Positions 45,147 to 54,877 are shown, numbered from the stretch's first letter. The stretch: 64,000 nucleotides of DNA from Ferrimicrobium sp. (GCF_027364955.1 NZ_DAHXOI010000004.1:36850-100849), one strand, 5' to 3'. A program made the numbers and translations. Notes: generated by a model not told the origin, from the sequence alone.

Positions 45147-48100
45147 ATGGGTTGGACTAGATTTGGACTGTTTGTTCGGGGAATCCGTTTCCGTCTAGGG
45201 GCTCTTGTCTTCCTGCTAGTTGCGGCGGTGGTGGCAATCCTTGGGGCGACCATTGGTCCGATCTACCTCGGTTCAGCACAGAACTCGGTGCTGATCGGTG
45301 GTTTGCGTGCCGCCCCCGTATCTAAGACCGGCCTGCAGGTGACCTCCACCGGCGCCTTGGATCGTGCAAAGCTCTTGGCGGCCATCACCCAGGCGCCACG
45401 GCTCGATGGCCGTCCGCTGTTTGCCCATCCGTTGCTGACCGCGCTGGTTCCGGCTGCCATCACCCCGGGACCACAGCTCCGGGGTGCCGCCATTGTATCG
45501 AGCTTCTTTGAGCGTACCGCGCTCTGTGCGCACCTCCAGCTCGATAGCGGACACTGTCCCCTCAACGATCATCAACTTCTCCTCAGCGCGCGCTCTGCTC
45601 AGTACCTCCACGTCAAGACAGGATCAACGGTGAAGGTCGCGGCCGGGCTGATCCCGGCGGGTGTGCCGGGGGCGGGAACGAGCGAGCGCTACCTCGTCGT
45701 TGGGACCTACGCGATTCCCGATACCAACACGAACTACTGGTGGGGTGACAATTACTTCGCTTTCGGCTCAGGCTCGGGTTCGACGGTGAACTTAGATCCA
45801 CTGATTGTCGCTCCGGGCTTCTTTGGCGGTGCGGCGCAGTTCGGCGTCGTTCGCTCGAGCAACTTCAACTCCTACCTGGGAGTGGATCGCTTACTCCAGA
45901 TGCCACTCAACCCCGCAGTAGTTAACATCCGTAACTATCGCGGCACTGGTGCGGTGGTCGATCGCTACGCAGAGCGGGTGGCCACCCGCGATGATGCGAG
46001 TGCGAGCTCCGGTCTTTTTGGTGTCATTGGCTCGATTATCGCCTCACAGAATTCGATGACGACATTGGTGACGGTCATTATCTTGGAGTTGGTCCTGTTG
46101 GGCCTGATCGTCTTTGGCACCTTAATTTGGCGTATGGTGCAGTCGAGAATGGGGGAGTTTCGGCTCGCCCAACTTCGTGGGGTGCGTTCGCGAAGCATCG
46201 TTCTGCGCGCTATCGGTGAGCCATTGGTGGTGTTGGTGATCGCGAGTCCACTCGGGTTTCTTGGGGCCTATGTGACGGTGATGATCGCTGGCCATGCGTA
46301 CTTTGCTGCTGGCACCCAGCTCTATATCTTGGGGTCGACCTATATCGCGGGTCTCGCAGTGGTCGTCGCCGCGTTGGTCGTCACCGTCGTTGCGGCGGCG
46401 ACAGCGCTACGCCGTGGGGTCCTTGAGGCGAGCCGTTCAGCGCTGCGCAACCGAGGGCGGTTCCGTGCACTGGTCGATGTGTTGATTGTTGTGGTAGCGG
46501 GTGTATTGACGGCACAGTTGGTGATCGCGCCAACGAATGGCAACAGCGTGGATCCTCTCGCAGGTGCGGCGCCTGCGTTCCTCGGGGCCGGTATCGCTAT
46601 CGTGACCATTGCGCTCACGTCGTTGGCACTGCGTTTTGCTCGTCGTCTCACGCGCGGGGGGCGGCATATCGCTTGGTATCTGAGCGTCCGGCAGCTTCGG
46701 GCCCGTTCAGGCATGCTGCGCCAGATTATTCCCTTTGGTATTGCGCTCGCGCTGGTGGTCTTTGGCTTCGGGGCGCAGTCGGTGATCGCGCGTCATCGCA
46801 GTGAGGTCGCCAACTACGAGGTGGGCGCCGGAAAGGTGCTCACGGTCGCATTGCCCAAGCATCTGGGGCTAGTTGCCGCTGTTGATCGCGCTGACCCGAC
46901 GGGTGATGCGGCCATGGCGGCGCAGCTCTATCGCGCGCCGAGTGGCACCACGTTGGCGGTGCAGGCGGCCCGTTTCGGACGGGTTGTCAGCTGGCCACCT
47001 GCGGTCGGTACTGGGCCAGTCGCCAAGATCGCCACTGAACTGGGACCCTTTGGAGCTAAAGCCTATCGCGTCACCGCAAATACCCTCACCATTCGTGCCC
47101 GCACCAAGGGATCGGTGCCGACTGGCGCCCAGGTCGACCTTGAGGTCACCCTACTCAATGAGGCCCAGGATGTCCCTGATAGCATCTATGTACCGTTGAC
47201 CACTGCGAATCAGACCATGCGTATCGCCACTGGCTGCGCACAAGACGGATGCCTCTTCTCCGGCATTGGTTACTCGGTGATCACCAATGGTGGCTATGTG
47301 GCTCCAGGTGCACACTTCACGATTGAGGTCTCGGAGCTCGGTGGTGTCTCGCCCGGGGCTGGTCGCTCTACTGAAGCCCTCCGTGGGCCATGGAGGGGGG
47401 CTACCGGTGTGTCCACAAGCGTGCACTCCTCACCCAGTCAGCTCGACTTCACTGCCTATTCGGCCTCGGGTGGATCCACGATCGCCGTTGTGCCTCGGAG
47501 TTACCCGACCTATCTACCAGCGATCGTGAGCCAAAGCGTGCGATCGACGCTGTCGGCCAATGTGGTCTCAGCGGTGGGCACGGGCGTGATCAACGGGCTC
47601 GATGGCAATCAGATCAATATTCGTCCCTTCCTCACCTTGGCGTCCCTGCCCTCGGTGGGTGGCGATGCGAGTATCGTCGACCTCACCCAGGCGCAGCTCG
47701 TGCAGGAGTCGGCCTCCTTGGCGAGCGACGAGGTGTGGCTCGCCAAAGGGGCACCGAGTAGCGTCCTCCAGCGCCTCGAGCGTGAAGGGGTAGTGGTCGA
47801 GAGTGTCACCTCTGCCAAGGCCCTCGCTGCGAGCTACGCCAACCAGCCACTCGGGCTGGCGGAGCGACTGTTCCCGATCGCCGCCGCTGCTGGCATCGTT
47901 GTGGTGTTGTTGGGTTTGGCCTTTGAACTCCTGGTCGAGGGGCGCGGGAGGATCCCGGAGTTTGCTGCGATGCGAGTCTTAGGACTGAGTCGACCTCGTC
48001 TGATCGTTGCCTACATTCTCGAGGCCGTGATCTTGGTGATATCGGCGGCTATTGCTGGAGTGGTGGCGGGAGTACTTGGAGCCCGTTTGGCCTTGCCGGT

Positions 48101-48278
48101 GCTCCCTGAGATCGACTCGGGTCTCGACCATCTGCACTTTGGATATGCATTACCCGTGGTAAGCGAGATCTTGGTGATTGTGTTGGTGGTGATCGCAGCC
48201 CTCGCCGTCGGTGCCCTTGCAGCCACACGGGTCGTGGGGCGAGCGAGTTTTGATGAACTACGGGCAGGTGATCGATGA
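45147..48278 (+). CDS. Fused double FtsX-domain ABC permease (MacB/Bce-type architecture) with large extracytoplasmic regions
   Basis: 1,043 aa. Two FtsX signature regions: RMGEFRLAQLRGVRSRSIVLRAIGEPLVV and RIPEFAAMRVLGLSRPRLIVAYILEAVIL. Each lies within a 4-TM bundle. Long non-hydrophobic stretches lie between them. Confidence 0.8.
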   Translation: MGWTRFGLFVRGIRFRLGALVFLLVAAVVAILGATIGPIYLGSAQNSVLIGGLRAAPVSKTGLQVTSTGALDRAKLLAAITQAPRLDGRPLFAHPLLTALVPAAITPGPQLRGAAIVSSFFERTALCAHLQLDSGHCPLNDHQLLLSARSAQYLHVKTGSTVKVAAGLIPAGVPGAGTSERYLVVGTYAIPDTNTNYWWGDNYFAFGSGSGSTVNLDPLIVAPGFFGGAAQFGVVRSSNFNSYLGVDRLLQMPLNPAVVNIRNYRGTGAVVDRYAERVATRDDASASSGLFGVIGSIIASQNSMTTLVTVIILELVLLGLIVFGTLIWRMVQSRMGEFRLAQLRGVRSRSIVLRAIGEPLVVLVIASPLGFLGAYVTVMIAGHAYFAAGTQLYILGSTYIAGLAVVVAALVVTVVAAATALRRGVLEASRSALRNRGRFRALVDVLIVVVAGVLTAQLVIAPTNGNSVDPLAGAAPAFLGAGIAIVTIALTSLALRFARRLTRGGRHIAWYLSVRQLRARSGMLRQIIPFGIALALVVFGFGAQSVIARHRSEVANYEVGAGKVLTVALPKHLGLVAAVDRADPTGDAAMAAQLYRAPSGTTLAVQAARFGRVVSWPPAVGTGPVAKIATELGPFGAKAYRVTANTLTIRARTKGSVPTGAQVDLEVTLLNEAQDVPDSIYVPLTTANQTMRIATGCAQDGCLFSGIGYSVITNGGYVAPGAHFTIEVSELGGVSPGAGRSTEALRGPWRGATGVSTSVHSSPSQLDFTAYSASGGSTIAVVPRSYPTYLPAIVSQSVRSTLSANVVSAVGTGVINGLDGNQINIRPFLTLASLPSVGGDASIVDLTQAQLVQESASLASDEVWLAKGAPSSVLQRLEREGVVVESVTSAKALAASYANQPLGLAERLFPIAAAAGIVVVLLGLAFELLVEGRGRIPEFAAMRVLGLSRPRLIVAYILEAVILVISAAIAGVVAGVLGARLALPVLPEIDSGLDHLHFGYALPVVSEILVIVLVVIAALAVGALAATRVVGRASFDELRAGDR

Positions 48279-49114
48279 CTACAACGACACAGCAGTTGGG
48301 CATCAGGGTGATGGGACTCGTCCACCTCTACCCGATCCCAGAGGGTGACGTCGTCGCCCTCCGGGGGGTCGATCTCGAGATCGCTCCTGGCGAAGTGGTC
48401 GCGCTCCTCGGTCCCTCGGGAATGGGGAAGTCAACCCTTCTTCGGCTCATCGCAGGCCTCTTCAACCCGTCTGCAGGTCGTATCTTTCTTGGTGACAAGG
48501 ATATCAGTCAATACCGAGCTCGTGAGCTCGCTCGTCTGCGTGGGCGGGAGGTCTCGTTGGTGCTCCAGGGTGCTGCCAACAATCTGCTCGGCTATGGTAC
48601 CGTTCGAGAAAACCTTGTTTTTGCGGCGGACACGAAGGAGTCTCGCTTACGAGCAGAGGAACTCTTGGTAACGTTGGGCCTCGCCCCGATCGCGCAGCGT
48701 GTGGTGCGTTCTCTGTCAGGTGGTCAGCAACAGATGTGTGCTTTGGCGGTCGGCATGGTCCATGATCCAAGCGTGTTATTGGTAGATGAGCCGACGAGTC
48801 AGCTCGATCACGCGAGCCGCGATCTGGTGGTTGATCTACTTATGCGCATTAACGCCGAGTACCATACGACGGTGGTGATCGTCACCCACGATCCCCATAT
48901 CGCCCAAGCCATGCCACGTACCATCACCATTCGCGATGGCAGGGTGGGTGCCGAGGGACGCTTTGGCGAGGAGTTCGCGGTGGTTGGCCAGGACGGCACG
49001 CTCCAACTACCCCCGCACCTTCGACACGTCTTGCCTCCAGACTCGCTCGTCAAGGTCAATCAGATCGACGGAGGGCTGGAGTTGCTGCTGGTCGAGGAGG
49101 ATGCTCATGGGTGA
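48275..49114 (+). CDS. ABC transporter ATP-binding protein (MacB/LolD type) with a C-terminal extension
   Basis: Walker A GPSGMGKST, signature LSGGQQQ, Walker B LLVDEPTS. The start overlaps the permease stop (ATGA). Confidence 0.9.
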   Translation: MTTTTQQLGIRVMGLVHLYPIPEGDVVALRGVDLEIAPGEVVALLGPSGMGKSTLLRLIAGLFNPSAGRIFLGDKDISQYRARELARLRGREVSLVLQGAANNLLGYGTVRENLVFAADTKESRLRAEELLVTLGLAPIAQRVVRSLSGGQQQMCALAVGMVHDPSVLLVDEPTSQLDHASRDLVVDLLMRINAEYHTTVVIVTHDPHIAQAMPRTITIRDGRVGAEGRFGEEFAVVGQDGTLQLPPHLRHVLPPDSLVKVNQIDGGLELLLVEEDAHG

Positions 49115-49763
49115 GGTGATTGGGGTCGAGATCAGGGACCTGGTGGTAAGGCGGGGTGCGACGCAGATCCTTGCGATTCGCGAGCTCGATCTCGTCGTCG
49201 GTGAGCTGGTCGCGTTGATCGGGCCATCGGGATCAGGCAAGACGACCCTGCTGCACACCATCTGTGGGTTGGTGCGCCCCGATCAAGGGCACGTGCAACT
49301 GATCGAATCCGATCAACGCCGTCGGGAGGCCGATCTCCATGACAGTGCACTGGTGCCGCAGGCTTTTGGCCTGGTGGCGGCGTTAACGGTCGCAGAGAAC
49401 GTCGAACTAGGCCGAAAGCTTTGGAAGGGTGGAGGGGATCTGCGTCCAGTGGAGGAGTTCCTCGAGGTGGTTGGACTCGATGGACTTGCCAACCGGTTGG
49501 TGCGCGAGTTGTCAGGCGGTCAGCAACAGCGGGTGGCGGTAGCGCGGGCGCTGGCGGTCGGTCCCCGGATCTTAGTCGCCGACGAACCTACCTCTGAGCT
49601 TGATGCCGGCAACCGGGAGCGGGTGATGGAGCTCCTGTTAGGTCATGCCAAGGCCGGTAACCTCGTGCTGGTGGCTGCTCATGACCAGACGATTACCGAG
49701 TATGCGACGACCAGCTTGAGCCTCGCTGACGGTGAGCTCGTCGGTGTCGAGGCCGCTGGTTAG
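49107..49763 (+). CDS. Second ABC transporter ATP-binding protein
   Basis: The ATG at 49107 follows GAGGAGGA and overlaps the previous stop by 8 nt. Walker A GPSGSGKTT, signature LSGGQQQR, Walker B ILVADEPTS. Confidence 0.85.
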   Translation: MGEVIGVEIRDLVVRRGATQILAIRELDLVVGELVALIGPSGSGKTTLLHTICGLVRPDQGHVQLIESDQRRREADLHDSALVPQAFGLVAALTVAENVELGRKLWKGGGDLRPVEEFLEVVGLDGLANRLVRELSGGQQQRVAVARALAVGPRILVADEPTSELDAGNRERVMELLLGHAKAGNLVLVAAHDQTITEYATTSLSLADGELVGVEAAG

Positions 49764-50416
49764 TCCTCTGAACTGGCCTTTGGGTAGGGGTCGACCTGGG
49801 TGATGAGGCTGGCGGTTGTCCGTGCGAGATTGACCGCATGATCTCCAAAGCGCTCGAGGAAGCGCCCGACGAGGGCGAGCTCCATCGCGATGGCGATCGG
49901 GGGAGTAGAGGAAGCTACCTCGGTCATAAAGGAGACATGGAGGTCGTCAAGGTTCTCGTCGAGTTGATCGAGGTGGGTGGCCACGGTTGGATCCTGAACG
50001 TCGAAGGCTAACGATGCCTGCGTCCACATGGAAGCGCCGAGTTCAGCCATCTGTTCCATGATGCCACGACAACGAGGTCGGAGATCTCGGGTGAGATCCA
50101 GCGCTGCCTTACGAGCGATGTGCTCTGCAAGATCACCACTGCGCTCGAGTTCGGGGATAATGCGTACGATGCCAACGAGGTAGTGCAACTCGCCTGGATG
50201 ATGGTCGTCATCCATGAGGCGCTGGCTCACCTCGCCCTGGAGGGTGCTGTAGAGCTCGTCGATGCGACGTTCCCGATCGACCAGCCGGGTGGCGATGGAG
50301 GTGTCGCTGTGGAGTAGTGCCTCCTTTGCGCCGACAAAGCTATCACCAACGAGGGCAAAAAGCTCGAGGACACGCTGATCTATCGATGTATTACGATAGT
50401 GGTGCACGATAGTCAT
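49760..50416 (-). CDS. phoU: PhoU-family phosphate-signalling regulator
   Basis: 218 aa with two PhoU repeats carrying the E..GD.A.NIA-type motif (ELERSGDLAEHIARKA, LERFGDHAVNLARTT). Confidence 0.8.
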   Translation of the reverse strand: MTIVHHYRNTSIDQRVLELFALVGDSFVGAKEALLHSDTSIATRLVDRERRIDELYSTLQGEVSQRLMDDDHHPGELHYLVGIVRIIPELERSGDLAEHIARKAALDLTRDLRPRCRGIMEQMAELGASMWTQASLAFDVQDPTVATHLDQLDENLDDLHVSFMTEVASSTPPIAIAMELALVGRFLERFGDHAVNLARTTASLITQVDPYPKASSED

Positions 50417-50692
50417 GGTAGACCTAGTCTAGAGGCCGCTCGAAGAGCGGTCTCCTCGTTATGGCGGTCCGTCCTCATGTCGCGGTACAGATCGACCTCC
50501 TCAGTGGGTTCGTCTTGGCGTAGGCGTAGCTAAAGCGCCTGAAGGCAGGCTACGTAGCTCAGTCTGGGGTCTGTGCCTTCGGCAGCCGCGGTGCCCCTGG
50601 AAGGCCCATACACCCGCACCCACAGAACCGTATCCATACGATCGTATCCACGCGATCGCACATGGGTGCGAGGGGGACAGGCGCGAAGAAGG

Positions 50693-51607
50693 TCAGGCTG
50701 GTTCGTGGCCGGACATGTCCGCGTTCTTACGTGCCTTCGCGACGAGGTCGATCATCAGCGGATCAAGCTCCTCGACGGTGAAGCGAACTCCTTCGGCATC
50801 GACACCTGGTCCGGCATGCCATCCTTCGGCGACATCGACATGATTGCCTGCGACATCGAAGACCCTTCCAGTGATTGGCCGCGAGCGTTCGGACCCTAGC
50901 CACACCACGAGCGGTGAGATGTTCTCTGGGGCGAGTTGTTCCTTGGCTTTGAGGTCGTCGTCAGCGACGATGCCAAGATTTTCGGTCATACGCGTCAGGG
51001 CGACCGGTGCTACGGCGTTGACGGTCACACCGTAACGACCTAGCTCCATCGCGGCGATATTGGTTAGCGAAGCGATGCCAGCCTTTGCTGCACCATAGTT
51101 GGCCTGACCAACATTTCCATAGATCCCCGAGGCGGATGTCGTGTTGATGATGCGCGCATCGCGTGGCGTGCCCGCCTTGGAGAGTTCACGCCAGTAACTC
51201 GCCGCCCAGTGTACCATATTGAAGGTGCCCTTGAGATGCACTCCGACGACGAGGTCCCACTCGTCTTCGGTCATGTTGACGATCATCCGATCACGCAGGA
51301 TCCCGGCGTTGTTGACCACCACATCAAGCGCGCCGTAGGTGTCGATGGCGGTGTTGATGATCCGCTGGGCACCCTCCCATGAGGCCACATCATCTCCGTT
51401 GGCGACGGCTTCCCCTCCGGCGGCTCGGATGGTGTCGACGACTTCGCCAGCAGGGCCGGTGCTCGAGCCGGAGCCATCCACCTCCGCACCGAGGTCATTG
51501 ACGATGACTTTCGCCCCGTGCTGAGCAAAGAGAAGAGCGTGAGCCCGTCCGATGCCTCGCCCCGCTCCTGTGACGATTACCACCCGTTGGTCGCAAAACT
51601 TTGCCAT
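50693..51607 (-). CDS. SDR-family oxidoreductase with a C-terminal extension
   Basis: 304 aa. Cofactor motif VTGAGRGIG. Catalytic motif NYGAAKAG (YxxxK). Confidence 0.9.
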   Translation of the reverse strand: MAKFCDQRVVIVTGAGRGIGRAHALLFAQHGAKVIVNDLGAEVDGSGSSTGPAGEVVDTIRAAGGEAVANGDDVASWEGAQRIINTAIDTYGALDVVVNNAGILRDRMIVNMTEDEWDLVVGVHLKGTFNMVHWAASYWRELSKAGTPRDARIINTTSASGIYGNVGQANYGAAKAGIASLTNIAAMELGRYGVTVNAVAPVALTRMTENLGIVADDDLKAKEQLAPENISPLVVWLGSERSRPITGRVFDVAGNHVDVAEGWHAGPGVDAEGVRFTVEELDPLMIDLVAKARKNADMSGHEPA

Positions 51608-51697
51608 CTTTCCTCCTTGTCGTTCTGAATCTATTCTATGACTGAAGTGGAGACATTAAAAGGCAGCCGATTCGATTTCTTGTTCGGTCTAGTTATA

Positions 51698-52639
51698 TCA
51701 AGCGTGGGTACGATCGGGATTTCTTATAGCGGCGGTGATGCCATCAGGTAAGATCGTTGAGGGCCCGCGAACGACAAGGAGTAGTGACTCTACTACCGCC
51801 TTTGAGGCAGCCGATTGGATGCGATTGCGGTAGCGACCAACGCCAACGCGGCGTGGGTTAAGGTCAGAGATTGGGATGGCGACTCGTGGTACCACCTGTG
51901 TGAGGTGAAGGATCGCACTCGAGGGCAGGATAGCCGAGCCATATCCCGCGAGGGCAAGCATGGCGACGACATGCAGACCATCGATCTCGGCGGTGTGATG
52001 CAGGGTGAGGCCACGGGTGGCGGCCATCGCCTCGAGTTCCTCGCGAAAAGCGACGTGGTTGGGGGGGACAATCAGTGGGTACTGAACCGCCTCGTACAGC
52101 GAGATCGAGCTTCGGGCGGCGAGCGGGTGATCATCGCCCACGACGAGCACGTAGGTCTCAGTGAAGAGTGATTCAAAGGTGAGACCATCGATGGTGAGCG
52201 GAGTGGTGAGGAGAGCGAGATCGATGTTACCTGAGTGGAGTCGTCGTTGGAGTGAGGCGGCGGTTCCCTCGGCGATCTCGATCTCAAGCCGGGGATGGGT
52301 GGTCCTGAGTCGATCAAGGAGGAGTGGCAACAACCAACCCGCCGTCGTTGCGATGATGCCAAGACGCACACGACCGGTGATGTCGGCCTTGAGGCCGTCT
52401 AAGTCGGTGTAGATCTCTTCGAGTTCCTCGAGTAACCTTCGTGATCGGCGGGCTACAATCTCCCCCTCCTCGGTGAGCGTACCCGTCCGCCGGTCGATCA
52501 GGAGCGTGTTGAGCTCGCGCTCGAGGCGAGAGATGTGCCCTGAGATGTTGGATTGAACGGTGTCGAGCGCCTCGGCAGCAGCGGAAAAGCTCCCAGCCTC
52601 TTCGACCGCGAGCAGCGAACGTAGTTGGCGGAGCTCCAT
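51698..52639 (-). CDS. LysR-family transcriptional regulator
   Basis: 313 aa. N-terminal HTH MELRQLRSLLAVEEAGSFSAAAEALDTVQSNISGHISRLERELNTLLIDR. Confidence 0.9.
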   Translation of the reverse strand: MELRQLRSLLAVEEAGSFSAAAEALDTVQSNISGHISRLERELNTLLIDRRTGTLTEEGEIVARRSRRLLEELEEIYTDLDGLKADITGRVRLGIIATTAGWLLPLLLDRLRTTHPRLEIEIAEGTAASLQRRLHSGNIDLALLTTPLTIDGLTFESLFTETYVLVVGDDHPLAARSSISLYEAVQYPLIVPPNHVAFREELEAMAATRGLTLHHTAEIDGLHVVAMLALAGYGSAILPSSAILHLTQVVPRVAIPISDLNPRRVGVGRYRNRIQSAASKAVVESLLLVVRGPSTILPDGITAAIRNPDRTHA

Positions 52640-52661
52640 GCGGCCAGCCTATCGCGAAAAC

Positions 52662-52676
52662 TGATATGAACTATCA
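52662..52676. promoter_or_regulatory. Inverted repeat TGATA-N5-TATCA, candidate LysR autoregulatory box
   Basis: TGATATGAACTATCA lies 23-37 nt upstream of the LysR ATG at 52639. It fits the loose T-N11-A type dyad used by the family. Confidence 0.35.
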
Positions 52677-52721
52677 TAAAAAAGCTTTGGTCTTGAGGGT
52701 ATTGATGAGTAGTATGTAATA

Positions 52722-52803
52722 CAGCAACGGAAATGGTTCCCCCCCCAAACCCGTTGCTCCTATAAAGGAGCCGACACCCCCCTGTCGGCTCCTTTCACTT
52801 TTT
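52722..52803 (+). ncRNA. 6C-type small RNA (two hairpins with C-rich loops, the second an intrinsic terminator)
   Basis: Hairpin 1: AGCAACGG (52723-30) pairs with CCGTTGCT (52751-58); its loop contains C8 (52739-46). Hairpin 2: AAAGGAGCCGACA (52764-76), loop CCCCCC, then TGTCGGCTCCTTT (52783-95), followed by CACTTTTT. Candidate promoter: TTGGTC (52687-92), 17 nt, TAGTAT (52710-15). No upstream + strand gene exists that this terminator could serve. Confidence 0.65.
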
Positions 52804-52856
52804 CGCTGCGGGTGAGCAGACCCTGTGTGGATCGTGTTCGGTTAGGATACTGGCTC

Positions 52857-54161
52857 ATGGACCTCCCCCTTCGCTCCCGACTGGCGAGGCAGACGGCACG
52901 GCTGGTCGCTCGTGGCCTCAAGGTAACACCTCGTTTTCGAGGAGAGACGTTGCCAGGGCGCATCGCTCTTCGTGTCGATCCCGATTTCCTCACGCACGCC
53001 CGAGAGATGAGCCTGAGTCAGGTGCCAACCATACTGGTGACGGGTACCAACGGGAAGACCACCACCACCGCCTTTGCACGATCACTGCTCGGACCGGCGG
53101 TCGTCTCGAATCGTGGCTCCAACCTCCCGTGGGGTATCGCCAGTGTGTTGGCACAACGTCCTAGGGAGGCCGCCTATGCGGTCTTCGAGGTGGATGAGGC
53201 GTACGTGCCTGCTGTGGCGACTAGCCTTCAGCCCTCGGTGCTGGTGTGGTTAAATATGTCCCGGGATCAGCTCGATCGCAGTCTGGAGGTGCGGCGTTTG
53301 GCAGCCCGTGTCGGGGAGTCGTCCTCCTCGGTGGCTACGTTAGTCGCGAACGCCTCTGATCCGCTGATCGTGGCTAACGCGACGCAGTTTCGTCAATGTG
53401 TGTGGGTGAAGGGACCGGTTGAGTGGCAGGGTGATGCGCAGGCTTGTCCGAGGTGCACCGGCGAGCTCGTTCATGCCGAGACGTGGAGTTGTTCTTCCTG
53501 CGGGCTCTCAGAGCCTGTGGCGGCCTATGAGGTCGATGAGGCGGGTCAGCTCTGGCAGGAGGGAGTCGTTCTTGGACACGTCCACCCAGGACTGCCGGGA
53601 AAGTTCAACCTCCTTAACGCGCTCATGGCTTGTGTTGGGGTGGCGCTGGTTCAGCACGAGCCTGTGCAGATGGTCGCCTCGCGGCTTCGACGTTCCTCAG
53701 GGGTTGAGGGGCGCTTTACCACGTGGTGGCTGACGGGTTGCGAGGGTACGCCGGCGCTGGTGACCTATCTCGCCAAAAATCCTGCAGGATGGCATGCGAA
53801 TTTGTCGATGATCGACACTGAGGCGAGCGAGCTCGTCCTAGGACTGAATGCGCGGATCGCTGATGGACGTGACACCTCATGGATCTTCGACGTCGAGTTC
53901 GAGCGGCTTGTGCGAACCCCGGTCATCGTGACAGGAGAACGCGCGACCGATCTGGCCCTACGCCTCGAGGTGGCTGGATTTGAGGTTGTAGCAGTTGAAC
54001 CCGCACAGACGCTAGCCATTCGCTTGGCCGCCAAGCGAGCCTCCACCAATGGCCACTCGCGCATCGTCTACCTTGGGAACTACACCGCTTTTCAGTCGCT
54101 CATCGCCTCCAGGACAGAGCTCGGGGCGGTTGTCGCGTTGACCGGTGAGGCCGTATCATGA
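52857..54161 (+). CDS. murT: Lipid II isoglutaminyl synthase subunit MurT (Mur-ligase-like)
   Basis: P-loop VTGTNGKTTT. Cys4 ribbon CPRCTGELVHAETWSCSSCG. C-terminal DUF1727-like region. ATG at 52857 chosen; the track uses the GTG at 52812. Confidence 0.85.
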   Translation: MDLPLRSRLARQTARLVARGLKVTPRFRGETLPGRIALRVDPDFLTHAREMSLSQVPTILVTGTNGKTTTTAFARSLLGPAVVSNRGSNLPWGIASVLAQRPREAAYAVFEVDEAYVPAVATSLQPSVLVWLNMSRDQLDRSLEVRRLAARVGESSSSVATLVANASDPLIVANATQFRQCVWVKGPVEWQGDAQACPRCTGELVHAETWSCSSCGLSEPVAAYEVDEAGQLWQEGVVLGHVHPGLPGKFNLLNALMACVGVALVQHEPVQMVASRLRRSSGVEGRFTTWWLTGCEGTPALVTYLAKNPAGWHANLSMIDTEASELVLGLNARIADGRDTSWIFDVEFERLVRTPVIVTGERATDLALRLEVAGFEVVAVEPAQTLAIRLAAKRASTNGHSRIVYLGNYTAFQSLIASRTELGAVVALTGEAVS

Positions 54162-54877
54162 CGGTGAAGATTATCTCGCTCTTTCCAGATGTACTCGGCA
54201 CCTATGGTGACCATGGCAATGCCCGGATTCTTGCGCATCTTCTCCATCTTTCCGGCAGGAGCTATGAACTGATCACGGTTGGCATCAATGATCCCGTTCC
54301 CACCGACGGTGACCTCTACTTGCTAGGCGGTGGCGAGGACGGCCCGCAGGCCCTCGCTGCACGGCGCCTCGCCGAAGGGTCGCCGTTGCACCGAGTTGTC
54401 GAACGTGGTCGTCCAATCCTGGCGATCTGTGCTGGTTACCAGTTGCTCGGCCGCAGTTTTGTGGCAGAGGGAACGACACGAGCAGGTCTTGGTCTCTTGC
54501 CGGTCGAGAGCGTCCGAGGATCAGCACGTATGGTTGGTGAAGTGCTCCTAACTCCTTTTGTGCCGATCGGCCAGTCATTGATGACCGGGTTTGAGAATCA
54601 TGGTGGCCAAACGATCCTCGATGATGATGCGCAGCCCCTGGGTAGGGTCTATCGAGGGGTGGGTAACGGTGGTGATGGCTGCGACGGTATCATCCACGGG
54701 TCCATTGTCGGCAGTTACCTGCATGGTCCAATCCTTGCCCGTAACCCAGGGCTCGCGCGGTGGTTGCTTTCGCGTATTGGAGTCGAGACCCTCGAACTGT
54801 CGCATCACCATTGGACACTGTACGAGGAGCGAGTTCATGCCAGCGAAGGTGCGCTGTGGAGCCGTCATGGGGCGTGA
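54158..54877 (+). CDS. gatD: Glutamine amidotransferase subunit GatD (CobQ-type GATase), partner of MurT
   Basis: 239 aa with an ATGA overlap with murT. Nucleophile context PILAICAGYQLLG. C-terminal segment GSYLHGPILARNP. Confidence 0.85.
   Translation: MTVKIISLFPDVLGTYGDHGNARILAHLLHLSGRSYELITVGINDPVPTDGDLYLLGGGEDGPQALAARRLAEGSPLHRVVERGRPILAICAGYQLLGRSFVAEGTTRAGLGLLPVESVRGSARMVGEVLLTPFVPIGQSLMTGFENHGGQTILDDDAQPLGRVYRGVGNGGDGCDGIIHGSIVGSYLHGPILARNPGLARWLLSRIGVETLELSHHHWTLYEERVHASEGALWSRHGA

Noticed and set aside
50545-50615. tRNA-like D-arm string GTAGCTCAGTCTGGGG
   Set aside because: There is no matching acceptor stem, no anticodon arm and no GTTCGAATC-type T-loop, so a cloverleaf cannot be drawn.
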